A stretch of DNA of 54,955 bases from Pachysolen tannophilus NRRL Y-2460 (GCA_001661245.1 KV454017.1:305927-360881); one strand, 5' to 3'; counted from the stretch's first letter, positions 22,008 to 33,618 are shown. Translations and numbers: made by a program. Notes: generated by a model not told the origin, from the sequence alone.

Positions 22008-23420
22008 CTAACTAGTCCATCTTTCATCGGCCCATCCTTTAACAGTATATTGAATATTTTTCCCTATTTTACCACATGGTTTGAAAACTTTCTTGGTATT
22101 ACTATGATGTTCTAAATTTACCCATGGTAAGTTTGATCTTTCCTGTAAAAATCTGTTACTACTGCTATTATTATTATTATTATTATTATTGTTGTTGTTG
22201 TTGTTGTCGTTAAATTTTGTAAATTTTGTATTTTCGATAATAAAATCATCAATTATTGAATCTTGCCTTGGTGGCAATATAACGTTTGACCATAATTTTT
22301 CTCTTGCTAATAAACTTAGCTTTATAATATTTTCATCATTTTTAGAAAATTGATTTTTACTTCTTCCACGAACAACGTCATCGAGGTAAAAATCATCATC
22401 ACTATCATCACTTTCATCAGATGAGGAAGATAAAGAATTTGATGAAAAAATTTCTTGTTGTTGATAAAAATCTAATTCTTCATCTGAATAAGGTAAATAT
22501 TTTTTCAATTTTGATGAATAATCATGTGCGTATATTCTTAAAAATTTTGAATTAATTCTTGGTTCTCTATGACGTATATTTTTACAATTTATTGGAATAA
22601 TATCATTGTTTAAAGAAATTGAATCGGTATTTATTTTGGAACTTTTAAAAGTTTCCAATTGAATATCCATGAAATATTCTTGTTGTTCCTTGTGTTGTAA
22701 ATGTGGCTGTGGTTGTTGTTGTTGGAAAGGTGCCTTATCATCGGTCATTCTAGCACTGAATTGCATTGTAGATGCAGTCAAAGCATTTTGTTGTCTTATT
22801 GTTGAATTTGAAAAAGATGTTGCCAATCCAGATAACAGTTTTAATGATTTACTTAAATTTGAAACAAATTTTTGTCTTTTACTTTGTTTTTTCGAATTTG
22901 GTTTTTCCTTTGTTTCATTCGTATAATGTGGATAATAAGACAAACATACTTCTTCATTATTAATATCTTCAACTTCACTATCTTCATCTAATAATGATAA
23001 TGGATGTTCTGTTATTGAAGAAAATGAAAAACTTATATTTTTAGATAATAATGAACTTCCTGAACCATTAGATGTTACACATTCCGATATTGATGAGGAT
23101 GAAAGTGATGAATAAGTTAAATCCAAATATGAACTTGTATCCGCAGTTGATGGTAACAATGCATTGGCGCTTACCGACAGGCGCAGTAAAGAACATGATA
23201 ATCCTAATTTTTTAGCATTAATAACACTTATCAAGGAAGGAGTACTTGTTATAGGTAACAAATTCATCGATTGATAATTCTTTCTTTCTTCTGTATTATA
23301 ACTTAACGCCATATAAAAGTCGTCCTCCTTTTCCATACCGCCTTCAGAATTTGTATTCACTTTTTTAATAATATCTAAAGGAACTGAAACGGTATATGGA
23401 TATTCTCGAACCTCCATCAT
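22008..23420 (-). CDS. Uncharacterised Ser-rich fungal protein, resembling the YBL029W family
   Basis: 470-aa ORF with blocks REPRINSKFLRIYA, REKLW...LPPR and KPCG...IQYTVKGW. Confidence 0.65.
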   Translation of the reverse strand: MMEVREYPYTVSVPLDIIKKVNTNSEGGMEKEDDFYMALSYNTEERKNYQSMNLLPITSTPSLISVINAKKLGLSCSLLRLSVSANALLPSTADTSSYLDLTYSSLSSSSISECVTSNGSGSSLLSKNISFSFSSITEHPLSLLDEDSEVEDINNEEVCLSYYPHYTNETKEKPNSKKQSKRQKFVSNLSKSLKLLSGLATSFSNSTIRQQNALTASTMQFSARMTDDKAPFQQQQPQPHLQHKEQQEYFMDIQLETFKSSKINTDSISLNNDIIPINCKNIRHREPRINSKFLRIYAHDYSSKLKKYLPYSDEELDFYQQQEIFSSNSLSSSSDESDDSDDDFYLDDVVRGRSKNQFSKNDENIIKLSLLAREKLWSNVILPPRQDSIIDDFIIENTKFTKFNDNNNNNNNNNNNNNSSSNRFLQERSNLPWVNLEHHSNTKKVFKPCGKIGKNIQYTVKGWADERWTS

Positions 23421-23705
23421 TAAGAAAAAGGAAAAAAAAGAATAATAATAATAATAATAATACTTGATTTTATGAATAACAAATAAAAGAAAATGGAAAT
23501 TTTCTTTCCATTTAAATTTTTTTAATTTGGATTAGGATTCCTTATATGAATGAATTTCTTTGTTCTTTTTTTATTTTTTTTTATTTTATTTTAAATTATT
23601 ATTTACTTCAAATTGTTTGGTCTGTTAAATGGCATTCGGTTAACGGCTTAGAAATTTCTTTTTAGAAATAGTGCCATAAAACAAATGTTTTCAAAACGTT
23701 TAACT

Positions 23706-23820
23706 GGCAGAAAATGCAAAGGGAAACAGGGCAGAAAAAGGCAGAACTTGGCAGAAATTAGCAGAAATGAGCAGAAATTAGCAGAAATTAGCAGAGAAAG
23801 GCAGAGAAAGGCAGAGAAAG
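23706..23820. repeat. ~10-bp minisatellite (GCAGAAATTA / GCAGAGAAAG)
   Basis: About 11 degenerate units visible in the divergent intergenic region. Confidence 0.85.
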
Positions 23821-24555
23821 ACAAAGAAATTTTAATGGTCGGTCCGCCGTCCCCGTCAATTTTGGTAAATTTTTTTTTTTCCCCTTTATTTTTTTTTTTT
23901 TCTTAACAAGGGAAACTAGCCGTTGCTTCCATTAGGTTCCAGTAACCGCGGGATTCTTGTTTGTTTTATTTAGGAAGGTAATCTCGAGAAGTGGAATTAG
24001 GTTTCTAATTTTGCCGTGAATTATGCATAAAAATCTAAAAGTTGTCCAGATTGGGCAGTTATTGGCTTGCCGGGTAGAACTTTTTTGGGAAAAAGGAGAA
24101 GGAGGAAATAAATAAGGAGAAGGAGAAATTTGTTTTGTTAGTGTTATTGTGCAAACTTTTCCGGATTTTGATTTGTATGTTTAAATGTATATGTGTGTAC
24201 CGTACCCGTACCGTCTTTAGCCCATTTCGCTAAATTTGTATGTTGATGAGGTAAAAAAAAATAATCGGTAGATAGCAAAGGGGTGAGGTACTAAAGATGA
24301 TTAGGTAAAAAATGGGAAAAAGAGGGTTCCTGTTATTTTCAGGTCCACTGAATGACTAATTTGGGGGAATCAAACCTCCATTATGCTTAATAATTTTGTA
24401 TCTGTAATATACATCAGAATATAAAAAGTAGTATGAAGTTTAAGATTGCTATCAATATATATATATAGATGTTGTTTTTCCCCAGTTTTCATTTAAGATT
24501 TAAATTTTTTTTTTTTTTGTTCTATATATACATACATATAAATGGTATATGAATT

Positions 24556-25629
24556 ATGGATAGTTTAACTTTTTCACCATCAATTGGGTATCCTTTAGCA
24601 TACTTTAAAATTTTACCTAATCCTGAAATTTTTAAATTTCCTAGTTTTAAAGCGTTACCGTTATCGCCATTTAATGATGAACATGTTTTTTTAAATAAAT
24701 TATATGTGAATTCTTTAGATACTAGGGTACCATTTACTATAGCAATTGTTTATTTTACATCAGTTTATTTATGTAATAAATATATAAGACAAAGACAATT
24801 AAAACAATATTTATTAAAAAATGAGAGTATAAAAGATATAACAAAGATTAATTTTAAAAAATTACCACCAGCACCATTTAAATTTGCTAAAACAAAAATT
24901 TTCAAAATATTTGTTATTTTACATAATATATTTTTATGCGGATTTTCAATTTATAGTTTTATTGGAATGACAAAAAGCATATATAATAATTCTCATAAGA
25001 TAATTCCAAATATTTTTGAATTAAAAAATTTGAATTTTAGTAAAAATGAATTATTTTGGCAATCAATTTGTAATTTAGAAAATGGTATATGGTCAAATAA
25101 AAATAATTTAAAAGGTTTAGCATTTTATAGTTTTTGGTTTTATATATCCAAATTTTATGAAATATTGGATACAATCATAATTTTACTGAAGGGAAAACAA
25201 TCCTCAATTTTACAAAGTTATCATCATTCTGGTGCAATGATTAGTATGTGGGCAGGAGTTAGATTTTCATCACCACCAATATGGGTATTTGTCGTTTTTA
25301 ATTCATTTATTCATACAATAATGTATTTCTATTTTACCCTCTCTTGTTTACATATAAGAGTCCCCACTCTGTTCAAAAAATCTCTAACAAGCATGCAGAT
25401 CTGCCAATTCGTATCGGGTATCTCCTTACTGCTTTCACATATTTTTGTTAATTATTATGATAATCTAACTAAAGAATTCAAATCATGTATCTCAGATGGT
25501 GACCAAGCCCTGGCTTTATGGATAAATGTCATTTATTTGACTCCATTGACCATATTGTTTGGTGCATTCTATGTAGAAAGCTATAAAAATCCACCAAAAA
25601 CAATATTAACCCCAACCATAAAACCATAA
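24556..25629 (+). CDS. GNS1/SUR4 (ELO) family fatty-acid elongase-like protein
   Basis: FYISKFYEILDT, LQSYHH, FNSFIHTIMYFYF, LTSMQICQF. Confidence 0.88.
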   Translation: MDSLTFSPSIGYPLAYFKILPNPEIFKFPSFKALPLSPFNDEHVFLNKLYVNSLDTRVPFTIAIVYFTSVYLCNKYIRQRQLKQYLLKNESIKDITKINFKKLPPAPFKFAKTKIFKIFVILHNIFLCGFSIYSFIGMTKSIYNNSHKIIPNIFELKNLNFSKNELFWQSICNLENGIWSNKNNLKGLAFYSFWFYISKFYEILDTIIILLKGKQSSILQSYHHSGAMISMWAGVRFSSPPIWVFVVFNSFIHTIMYFYFTLSCLHIRVPTLFKKSLTSMQICQFVSGISLLLSHIFVNYYDNLTKEFKSCISDGDQALALWINVIYLTPLTILFGAFYVESYKNPPKTILTPTIKP

Positions 25630-25706
25630 TACAATTTATACATACTATAATATATAACATTACAATACATTCTACAATATTACTATGACATCATATTTTT
25701 TTTATT

Positions 25707-25743
<37 letters not shown>

Positions 25744-25746
25744 CGC

Positions 25747-26644
25747 NNNNNNNNNNNNNNNNNNNNNNNNNNNNNNNNNNNNNNNNNNNNNNNNNNNNNN
25801 NNNNNNNNNNNNNNNNNNNNNNNNNNNNNNNNNNNNNNNNNNNNNNNNNNNNNNNNNNNNNNNNNNNNNNNNNNNNNNNNNNNNNNNNNNNNNNNNNNNN
25901 NNNNNNNNNNNNNNNNNNNNNNNNNNNNNNNNNNNNNNNNNNNNNNNNNNNNNNNNNNNNNNNNNNNNNNNNNNNNNNNNNNNNNNNNNNNNNNNNNNNN
26001 NNNNNNNNNNNNNNNNNNNNNNNNNNNNNNNNNNNNNNNNNNNNNNNNNNNNNNNNNNNNNNNNNNNNNNNNNNNNNNNNNNNNNNNNNNNNNNNNNNNN
26101 NNNNNNNNNNNNNNNNNNNNNNNNNNNNNNNNNNNNNNNNNNNNNNNNNNNNNNNNNNNNNNNNNNNNNNNNNNNNNNNNNNNNNNNNNNNNNNNNNNNN
26201 NNNNNNNNNNNNNNNNNNNNNNNNNNNNNNNNNNNNNNNNNNNNNNNNNNNNNNNNNNNNNNNNNNNNNNNNNNNNNNNNNNNNNNNNNNNNNNNNNNNN
26301 NNNNNNNNNNNNNNNNNNNNNNNNNNNNNNNNNNNNNNNNNNNNNNNNNNNNNNNNNNNNNNNNNNNNNNNNNNNNNNNNNNNNNNNNNNNNNNNNNNNN
26401 NNNNNNNNNNNNNNNNNNNNNNNNNNNNNNNNNNNNNNNNNNNNNNNNNNNNNNNNNNNNNNNNNNNNNNNNNNNNNNNNNNNNNNNNNNNNNNNNNNNN
26501 NNNNNNNNNNNNNNNNNNNNNNNNNNNNNNNNNNNNNNNNNNNNNNNNNNNNNNNNNNNNNNNNNNNNNNNNNNNNNNNNNNNNNNNNNNNNNNNNNNNN
26601 NNNNNNNNNNNNNNNNNNNNNNNNNNNNNNNNNNNNNNNNNNNN
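25747..26644. other. Assembly gap (N run)
   Basis: Run of N flanked by long poly-T tracts. Confidence 1.
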
Positions 26645-26706
26645 CTATTTATTATTAAATTTTTTTTTTTTTTTTTTTTTTTTGGTAATCATTTTGTTTT
26701 TCGGTG

Positions 26707-28647
26707 ATGTCATATAAACAGATTGAAGGGTCAAATTCTTCAACTTCATCAATTTCAAATCCTTTTAAAGAGGAAAGACTTAATAATAGCAATAATAATG
26801 GGTCATCGAGTGTGATATTCAATGCGGATGATTCTCCGGGTGATTCGAATGATTATGAGGAATATACGGAATCTGCAAGAGAAAAATTGATTAATCATAG
26901 ATTAGCACAAGGATTATCTGCCGATGGCGTTAATGAAGATGATAATCCATTTAGAGATCATTTACTGGCAGATGATGATGCGGCGTTTTTAGATGATGAT
27001 GATCATTTCCATAATGTTGATTTTAACCATGGGAGTGGTGGTGCTATGGGTAATCAATATTCAAATGTCTATAGTAATATAGATTTTGATAAACTGCCAG
27101 ATACAAAATTTAAAGGTTTATTATTATTATATTTTACATCTGCTTTTGTTTCATTGGGAGTTTTCGTATTTGGTTATGATCAAGGTGTTATGTCAGGTAT
27201 TATTACTGAAAGATCTTTTGTTCAATTTTTTGATGATCCAACAAAAGCTCAAATTGGTACAATGGTTGCCATATTGGAATTGGGTGCTCTTGCTTCTTCT
27301 TTAAGTGTTGGTAGAGTTGGTGATTTAATTGGTAGAAAAAAAACTATATTAGTTGGAGCTGCAGTTTTCGTTGTTGGTGGATTTTTACAATCTTTTTCAG
27401 GAAAAATGTTTGTCTTAATAATTGGTAGAATTATTTCTGGAATTGCAATTGGTTTATTATCAGCTATAGTTCCGATATATCAAACTGAAATATCCCCACC
27501 AGCTTCTCGTGGTAGATTAGGTTGTATTCAATGGACTGGAAATATTTTTGGTTATACTGCATCTGTATGGGTAGATTATTGGTGTTCTTTTGCTACAAAT
27601 CAATTTTCTTGGAGAACTCCATTATTTATTCAATCATTATTAGGATTAGCTTTATTTGTTGGTGGATTTTTCATTGTTGAAAGTCCAAGATGGTTATTAG
27701 AAAATAATAAAGATGCTCAAGGTTTTGAAGTTTTAAATTTATTATTTGCAGATTCTCCACAAGGTACACTGAAAAATGAATTTGAAATAATTAAAAGTTC
27801 AGTTATATCAGAAAGATTAAGTGCTCCACCAGAGACAAGAACTTATAAAGTCATGTTTAAAAGATATTGGTATAGACTTTTAATTGCTTGTTCTGCACAA
27901 ATGTGGGCTCAAATTAATGGTATTAATGTTATATGTTATTATGCTCCAATGTTATTTGAACAAGCAGGTTTTAAAAATAAAGCAGCATTATTAGTTACAG
28001 GTTTAAATGCTTTAGTTTATTTAGCAAGCACTGTACCACCATGGTTTCTTGTTGATAAATGGGGCCGTAAACCAATATTAATGAGTGGTGGCTTGGTAAT
28101 GGGTGTATCGTTATTAACTATTTCTTATGCTATGTGGTTAGATAAATCTTTTACCCCAGCAGTTGTTGCTGTTTTCGTCTTTGTTTTCAATGCAGGTTTC
28201 GGTTATAGTTGGGGACCAATACCTTGGTTAATGTGTGAAATTTTACCATTACAAATAAGAGCAAAAGGTGCTTCATTAAGTACAGCAACAAATTGGGTTT
28301 TCAATTACTTGGTTGGACAAATGACTCCAATTTTACAAGTAAAAATGCGTTGGGGTTTATATTTCATGCATGGAACTTTCTGTATTTGTTCGGTAATCTT
28401 TGTTTATAGATTTTTCCCTGAAACAAGAGGCGTTGAATTGGAAGAAATGGACAAGATTTTCAATGATAACCCAGATACAAATGGTAGCAAAGAACATCAG
28501 GACGCAGATGATGATGATGATGACGATGACGATGAAGATGACGCATATGACGAGGTAAGACGTCACCGTTCAGCAAGAGTTGCAGATTACGAAGATGAAG
28601 TCGAATTGAATACTTTAAGAAACAACAACGTTGCAGGTCACGTATAA
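26707..28647 (+). CDS. MFS sugar porter family transporter
   Basis: FGYDQGVMSG, DLIGRK, PIYQTEISP, ESPRWL, QINGINVICYY, VDKWGRK, PETRG; acidic N- and C-terminal tails. Confidence 0.92.
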   Translation: MSYKQIEGSNSSTSSISNPFKEERLNNSNNNGSSSVIFNADDSPGDSNDYEEYTESAREKLINHRLAQGLSADGVNEDDNPFRDHLLADDDAAFLDDDDHFHNVDFNHGSGGAMGNQYSNVYSNIDFDKLPDTKFKGLLLLYFTSAFVSLGVFVFGYDQGVMSGIITERSFVQFFDDPTKAQIGTMVAILELGALASSLSVGRVGDLIGRKKTILVGAAVFVVGGFLQSFSGKMFVLIIGRIISGIAIGLLSAIVPIYQTEISPPASRGRLGCIQWTGNIFGYTASVWVDYWCSFATNQFSWRTPLFIQSLLGLALFVGGFFIVESPRWLLENNKDAQGFEVLNLLFADSPQGTLKNEFEIIKSSVISERLSAPPETRTYKVMFKRYWYRLLIACSAQMWAQINGINVICYYAPMLFEQAGFKNKAALLVTGLNALVYLASTVPPWFLVDKWGRKPILMSGGLVMGVSLLTISYAMWLDKSFTPAVVAVFVFVFNAGFGYSWGPIPWLMCEILPLQIRAKGASLSTATNWVFNYLVGQMTPILQVKMRWGLYFMHGTFCICSVIFVYRFFPETRGVELEEMDKIFNDNPDTNGSKEHQDADDDDDDDDDEDDAYDEVRRHRSARVADYEDEVELNTLRNNNVAGHV

Positions 28648-29429
28648 GCAAAAGAAGAAGGAAAAATAAAAAAAATTAAAAAATATAGGTGTCTTTTTTC
28701 ATCAATTCTTTTATCTCTTCTTTCTCTTTCTCACTCTTTTCTTTATTTTTTATATTCATTGCTTTTATTTTTTTTCTTTTTTTTCTTTTTTTTCTTTTTT
28801 TGAAATTGAACATTTGTATTATATTTTGAATTTCCAGAAGAAATGATACTAATCTATATAAATAATGAATTACAAGAATAAACTTACTCTATTACCAATT
28901 AGGTAATTACTTTAATCTCCTTCTTTGGAAATAAATATGTCCGAAAAAGTGATTAACCAAAAATAGTTGAAAAAAATTGACTAGTGAAGGGAATTTTTAG
29001 TTTTTCGGGCAAGATTTAAAAGGAAGAAATTTCTTTATGTCCTCCTATCTTAATTCCTCTTAATTCGTTTTAATTCCCCTTTTTCTCCCGCCCTTTTTTG
29101 CTTCTTCTTTCCGCCCAAGTTTTCTTTCTATTTTCAGCTCATCACGCACGCATATAGTGATCACGCTCTGATAAAGTTTGCAGCTCTATTTTAGCATGTT
29201 CTACATATTAACAACCTATTAATTAAATTAATTATTATATTCAAGAGTAAAATAGCAAGAGATTGTTAATATCCTAATTTAGTATAAATTAGGTAAATAT
29301 ATTTATTAATATTATCTAAGATTTGAAATTGTTTTTATATATGAATAATTAAAAAATAATTGATTTTTTTTTTTACTTTTTTTTTTTGGCGGTATTATAA
29401 TTAGTTGATATTTTTTTTAAATATTCAAT

Positions 29430-31586
29430 ATGGCAACCAGTGAAATTGGTCGCTTAATATTTCAAGAAAATTCGAAACCTTCTCATGGTTCGAAAACACA
29501 GTTAAAATCCATTGCAAATAAGACTAAAAGTAATGATTATGTTTCTCCGTTTAGAAAACATTCTTTGAAAAGATCGTCAGTTTCTTCAAGTAGTAGAAGA
29601 ACGAGCAAATCAAAATCTATTAGTTCAATGACTTCTTCTACTGCTGCTTCAACAAAACATGCTAAAGATGAAGAGCAAGCGGAAGAAAAGGAAGAGGAGG
29701 AGAAACTGGATTTGAAGGAAGTTCAACCGGATAATGCAAGTGAAAGACCAATTTATGATACGGTTGTGTCCACGGATGAAGTTGTTGAGAATGAAGAGCC
29801 TCTTAGTTCAGAAGTAGCGCCGGATAAGGAAGGAGAAGAGCTGAAGGAAGAATTGAAAGAAGATACTGAAGTTGATAAACCTACAGAGCCTATTGATACA
29901 GCAGAAGCTACTTCCGAGACTAATGAGACTAATGAGACTAATGAACTTACTGAGAACCCAGAAGAAGCTGCTGCTGAGACTACTGAGGTTGTGGAAGAAC
30001 CAACACAAAAAGAGTTGCCAGAAACAGCTGAAAGTAACGAACAAGTTGAAGGAGAAGTAGGTGAAGTAACTGATGAAAATGAAACTACTAAAGCTGATGA
30101 ATCTAAGGACATTGAATCCGAATTGGATTTGTCACCTCCGGAAAAAAATGAAACTGAGAAAAAATATGAAAATAAACCAAAATTATTAAATCGTTATTAT
30201 GAAAATAGAGTTATTGCAGATATTTCAATGACTAACAGAGGTGTTACTGATCCTGAAAGAGCTATTAATTTGGGTGGAGGTATGATATTAACCCAAGCAC
30301 AAATTTATGCACTTGCTCAGAAAAGAGTTGCACCAATCTTGGTTGATATTAACAAAAAAGTGGCCAAGAATTTAGCAGAAGATGAAAAGAAAAGGAAATT
30401 AGAAAATGAAAAATATAATAAAAATGAAGATGCAAAAGCTGCAAAGAAATTGGCAAAATTCAAAGCAAAAGTTGAAAAGGAAAATTTAAAAATAATTGCT
30501 GAATTTGATAAAGAAATTGCAAAAATTTCTCTTCAAATGGAAGAAAGTGTTGCTGCGCATGTGAAATTCCTTGAAAATACTAAAGCTGCAATGGAAAAAA
30601 ATGTCAAAGAAGCTGAGAAAAGGGAAAAAGAAAATGCTGCAAAACATGAGACTGATAAGACGGATTTAGAAAAAAATGCCATTATATATAAAGAAGAAAA
30701 ATTAAAGGCAATTGAAACTGCTAAAACTAAACAAAAAGAAGAATCTAAAAGAGAAGAAGAATTGGTTGCAGCGGCAAAAGAAAGTGAAACTAGAGCTGAT
30801 CTTCTGGAATCTCAATTAAAGTCACAAACTGCAGAATTAGAATCTAGACTTTTGGAGTTAAATACAGTATTACTGAAAAAAGCTGAACATGATGAGGTAA
30901 TAAGCAGTTCAATAGCCCAAAAGAAAGAATTAGAGTTAAAAGTTAAGGAAACTACTAAAAGAGCTGCAACTGCAGAGAAAAAATTGAATAAATTGAATGC
31001 TCATATAGCTTTATTAAATTCTAAACTTGAAGCTCATAATAAAAAAATTAACGAAATAACGGTTACTGGTAAACAAAGAAGAGAACAGCTGTTGGCAGAA
31101 GCTCAAGATGCAAAGAAAGATTGGGAAAAAGAGCAGAACAATATCAAAACTCAAGTAGCAAAGGAACAAGAAAGAAAGAAGGCCGAGGCCCAATGGGAGA
31201 GACAAAGACTGAAAGAATTAGAGAAAGAAAAGGCAGCAGCCGATGCAGCAGCAGCAGCGGGAACAGCAACAACAACAAAAACAGGTGTGAAATCGGCAGG
31301 GTATCCAGTCACTTTAGACCCACTGACAAGCAGTGCAGGGTCGAACTTAACCTCACAGTCTGCTGCTCCAGCTCCAAGTACTGCTACAACTGCCACAACT
31401 ATTCCGCAGGCTAGCCTGAACTCTGCTGCTGCAGAAAAAAAACCAAATAAGAAAAAGAAAGATGCTGCAAAACAAGATAAAGAGTCGGAATATGACGAAA
31501 TTACAACTTATGAAACTGTGTCTGATGAGGAATTTGAAAAACATAAGGGTGACCCAAATTATTTAGAGATTACTGATGGAGAATAG
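29430..31586 (+). CDS. EIS1: Eisosome protein 1-like coiled-coil protein
   Basis: INLGGGMILTQAQIYALAQKRVAPILVDI resembles the Eis1 conserved block; long charged coiled coil follows. Confidence 0.6.
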   Translation: MATSEIGRLIFQENSKPSHGSKTQLKSIANKTKSNDYVSPFRKHSLKRSSVSSSSRRTSKSKSISSMTSSTAASTKHAKDEEQAEEKEEEEKLDLKEVQPDNASERPIYDTVVSTDEVVENEEPLSSEVAPDKEGEELKEELKEDTEVDKPTEPIDTAEATSETNETNETNELTENPEEAAAETTEVVEEPTQKELPETAESNEQVEGEVGEVTDENETTKADESKDIESELDLSPPEKNETEKKYENKPKLLNRYYENRVIADISMTNRGVTDPERAINLGGGMILTQAQIYALAQKRVAPILVDINKKVAKNLAEDEKKRKLENEKYNKNEDAKAAKKLAKFKAKVEKENLKIIAEFDKEIAKISLQMEESVAAHVKFLENTKAAMEKNVKEAEKREKENAAKHETDKTDLEKNAIIYKEEKLKAIETAKTKQKEESKREEELVAAAKESETRADLLESQLKSQTAELESRLLELNTVLLKKAEHDEVISSSIAQKKELELKVKETTKRAATAEKKLNKLNAHIALLNSKLEAHNKKINEITVTGKQRREQLLAEAQDAKKDWEKEQNNIKTQVAKEQERKKAEAQWERQRLKELEKEKAAADAAAAAGTATTTKTGVKSAGYPVTLDPLTSSAGSNLTSQSAAPAPSTATTATTIPQASLNSAAAEKKPNKKKKDAAKQDKESEYDEITTYETVSDEEFEKHKGDPNYLEITDGE

Positions 31587-32011
31587 TCATATCTATCTAT
31601 CTATATATGAAAAAAAGATTTTACTTTCTGTTTTTCCATTTTATTTTATTTTATTTTTTTTTATTTTTTTTTATTTTTTTTTTATTTCCAGTGTGTTTGA
31701 TTATTGTACTTTTATCCTTTTATTTATGATGAAAGGTGTCTCTTGATTGTGTGAGTACTTACTTTACCCTCGCTTGATTAGATGTTGAATATAATATTTT
31801 TGAAAAAGAGAAAAAAAAAAACCTTCCGGTGATTAGTTGTATTGTGGATTGTAGATTTACCCTTAATAAAAAATTACTTGCCCTTTATGCATTTAAAATA
31901 GCTTGTTATTGACGAGTTTTTTCGCTACGTTAACCGAGTTATTTAAGCTACGAACATTTTCAGTTGAAAATGCATAGTTTAAGAAATTTGGAAAACTCGT
32001 ACAACGTTGCG

Positions 32012-32022
32012 GGTTCGAAACT
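32012..32022 (+). promoter_or_regulatory. RNA polymerase III B box upstream of snR52
   Basis: GGTTCGAAACT matches GWTCRANNC. T6 terminator at ~32143 after the snoRNA. Confidence 0.7.
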
Positions 32023-32047
32023 CAGCAGAGAAAAACATATTATAGTT

Positions 32048-32132
32048 TTATATGATGATTAACTTTTAATGCGTGAACAATCTCTTAGTATAACTTACTG
32101 TGAGGAGAAACATGTTGCCTTCCTACTGATTA
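32048..32132 (+). ncRNA. SNR52: Box C/D snoRNA snR52
   Basis: Box C ATGATGA 32052-32058 and box D CTGA 32126-32129. Guide GTTGCCTTCCT is antisense to 18S AGGAAGGCAGC; second guide GCGTGAACAATC. Both match recalled yeast snR52. Confidence 0.88.
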
Positions 32133-32559
32133 ACTAATATGTCTTTTTTATAAACAGTAGTTAGTGCATTATCTTTTTAATTGCCTTTACTTTACACTCA
32201 CGTTAATAGTGGTTTCTAATCTTCTAGTTTCTTACTGTTTTCTGTTTGGTTGAAATTGGTCGAAAACTGGTTGAAAACTGAAACTGCGCTCTGTAGTGCC
32301 TGTATTGCTAAGAAATTTCAAATTGAAAACTGTATGTGTAATACTGTCTAGGTATTTTTTTTTTTTTTTTGGTTTTAACAAGATTTAAATGACAATTAGA
32401 ATTCAAATAGAATTGTGTTAATATTAGTGTTAAGGTTTCAATTGTTTTAATTAGTTTTCCAATTAGATCTGAAATTAAAAATTTTCACTAAATTTTGATT
32501 TTTTTTTTTCTTTTCTTTTCTTTTCTTTTCTTTTCTTTTTTGTTTAAGTTGTTTTAAAA

Positions 32560-33618
32560 ATGTCCAAGAATTGGAAAGCTCCAAATGTCACGCCAGAGAG
32601 TATTTCTGATTTTAACATTGAACCGGATAATGGTGATCATGCAAATCCGTTTGAAGATTATGATACTATTATAGAACCTGATGTTCCTGTGAGCCAAGGT
32701 GCAAACCTGAGTTCTAAGCCAAAGGCTTCTTCAACTCAATATACTAATAATTCAAATAATGGTAATGGAAGTGGTAGCGGCGGGAATTTTTTCTCAAATT
32801 TTTCTAATTATGCTAATCCATTCAATGCATCTTTAAATTCTATCAATAATGATATTAATAAGAATATTCATGTTAGAGAACGTCAGTTTAGTGGTGGTAA
32901 TACATTAGATGAATCGGTATTTGTTACCATTAAACGTGATTTAGATAAAATTGGTGATAAATTATTACAAATCTTATGGCCATTGGGGTTAAGATCAAAG
33001 TTAATAAAAGTTCAAAATTTTACAAGAATAGGGAATTCTCCAAATAATAATGATACTGCTAATGAAATAGCAGGTGAAGATTCTGAAGAAATTTCAAAAG
33101 AAGCAATAATAAAAATTTTAGATTGGGATTTATGGGGACCATTAGTTATAACTTTAGGTTTTAGTTTAATCTTAACTTATTTACAAATAAGATCACTTGA
33201 TAAGAAATTTGAAACTAAAGCTTCACAAATATTTAGTGGTTCTTTTTCCTTATTATGGGCCTCTATACTGGTATTATCTTTAAACATTCAGTTATTATCT
33301 CCATTCCATGATAAATCAAATGCTGTTTCAAGTGGTACAATAAGTTTATCATTTTTCCAATGCGTTAGTATTTTGGGATATTCAATTTTCCCAATTGTCT
33401 TTGGTGGATTTCTATCGATTTTCCTCAAATGGAAATATATAAGAATTATTTTATTGGCAATTTTGTCAAGTTGGTCTATTTATGCTGTATATTTGATTTT
33501 AAAAATTGTCAACAATAGTGGTGCTAATAGAGGTAAAGGAGATGATAGAATTTTTTTGATTGTTTACCCTATTGGTCTAGTGTTTGGAGTATTTAGTTGG
33601 TTATGTGTTATTAGCTAA
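32560..33618 (+). CDS. YIP4: Yip1-domain Golgi membrane protein (Yip4-like)
   Basis: TLDESVFVTIKRDL, DWDLWGPL, SFFQCVSILGYSIFP, LIVYPI. Confidence 0.75.
   Translation: MSKNWKAPNVTPESISDFNIEPDNGDHANPFEDYDTIIEPDVPVSQGANLSSKPKASSTQYTNNSNNGNGSGSGGNFFSNFSNYANPFNASLNSINNDINKNIHVRERQFSGGNTLDESVFVTIKRDLDKIGDKLLQILWPLGLRSKLIKVQNFTRIGNSPNNNDTANEIAGEDSEEISKEAIIKILDWDLWGPLVITLGFSLILTYLQIRSLDKKFETKASQIFSGSFSLLWASILVLSLNIQLLSPFHDKSNAVSSGTISLSFFQCVSILGYSIFPIVFGGFLSIFLKWKYIRIILLAILSSWSIYAVYLILKIVNNSGANRGKGDDRIFLIVYPIGLVFGVFSWLCVIS

Noticed and set aside
23706..23820. CRISPR-like or telomeric array
   Set aside because: Tandem units without unique spacers, degenerate, and internal to a eukaryotic promoter.
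25700..26690. Hidden element in the N gap
   Set aside because: No sequence to evaluate; poly-T flanks sufficiently explain the assembly break.
32005..32030. tRNA gene at GGTTCGAAAC
   Set aside because: No acceptor, D or anticodon stems could be formed; it is the B box upstream of snR52.
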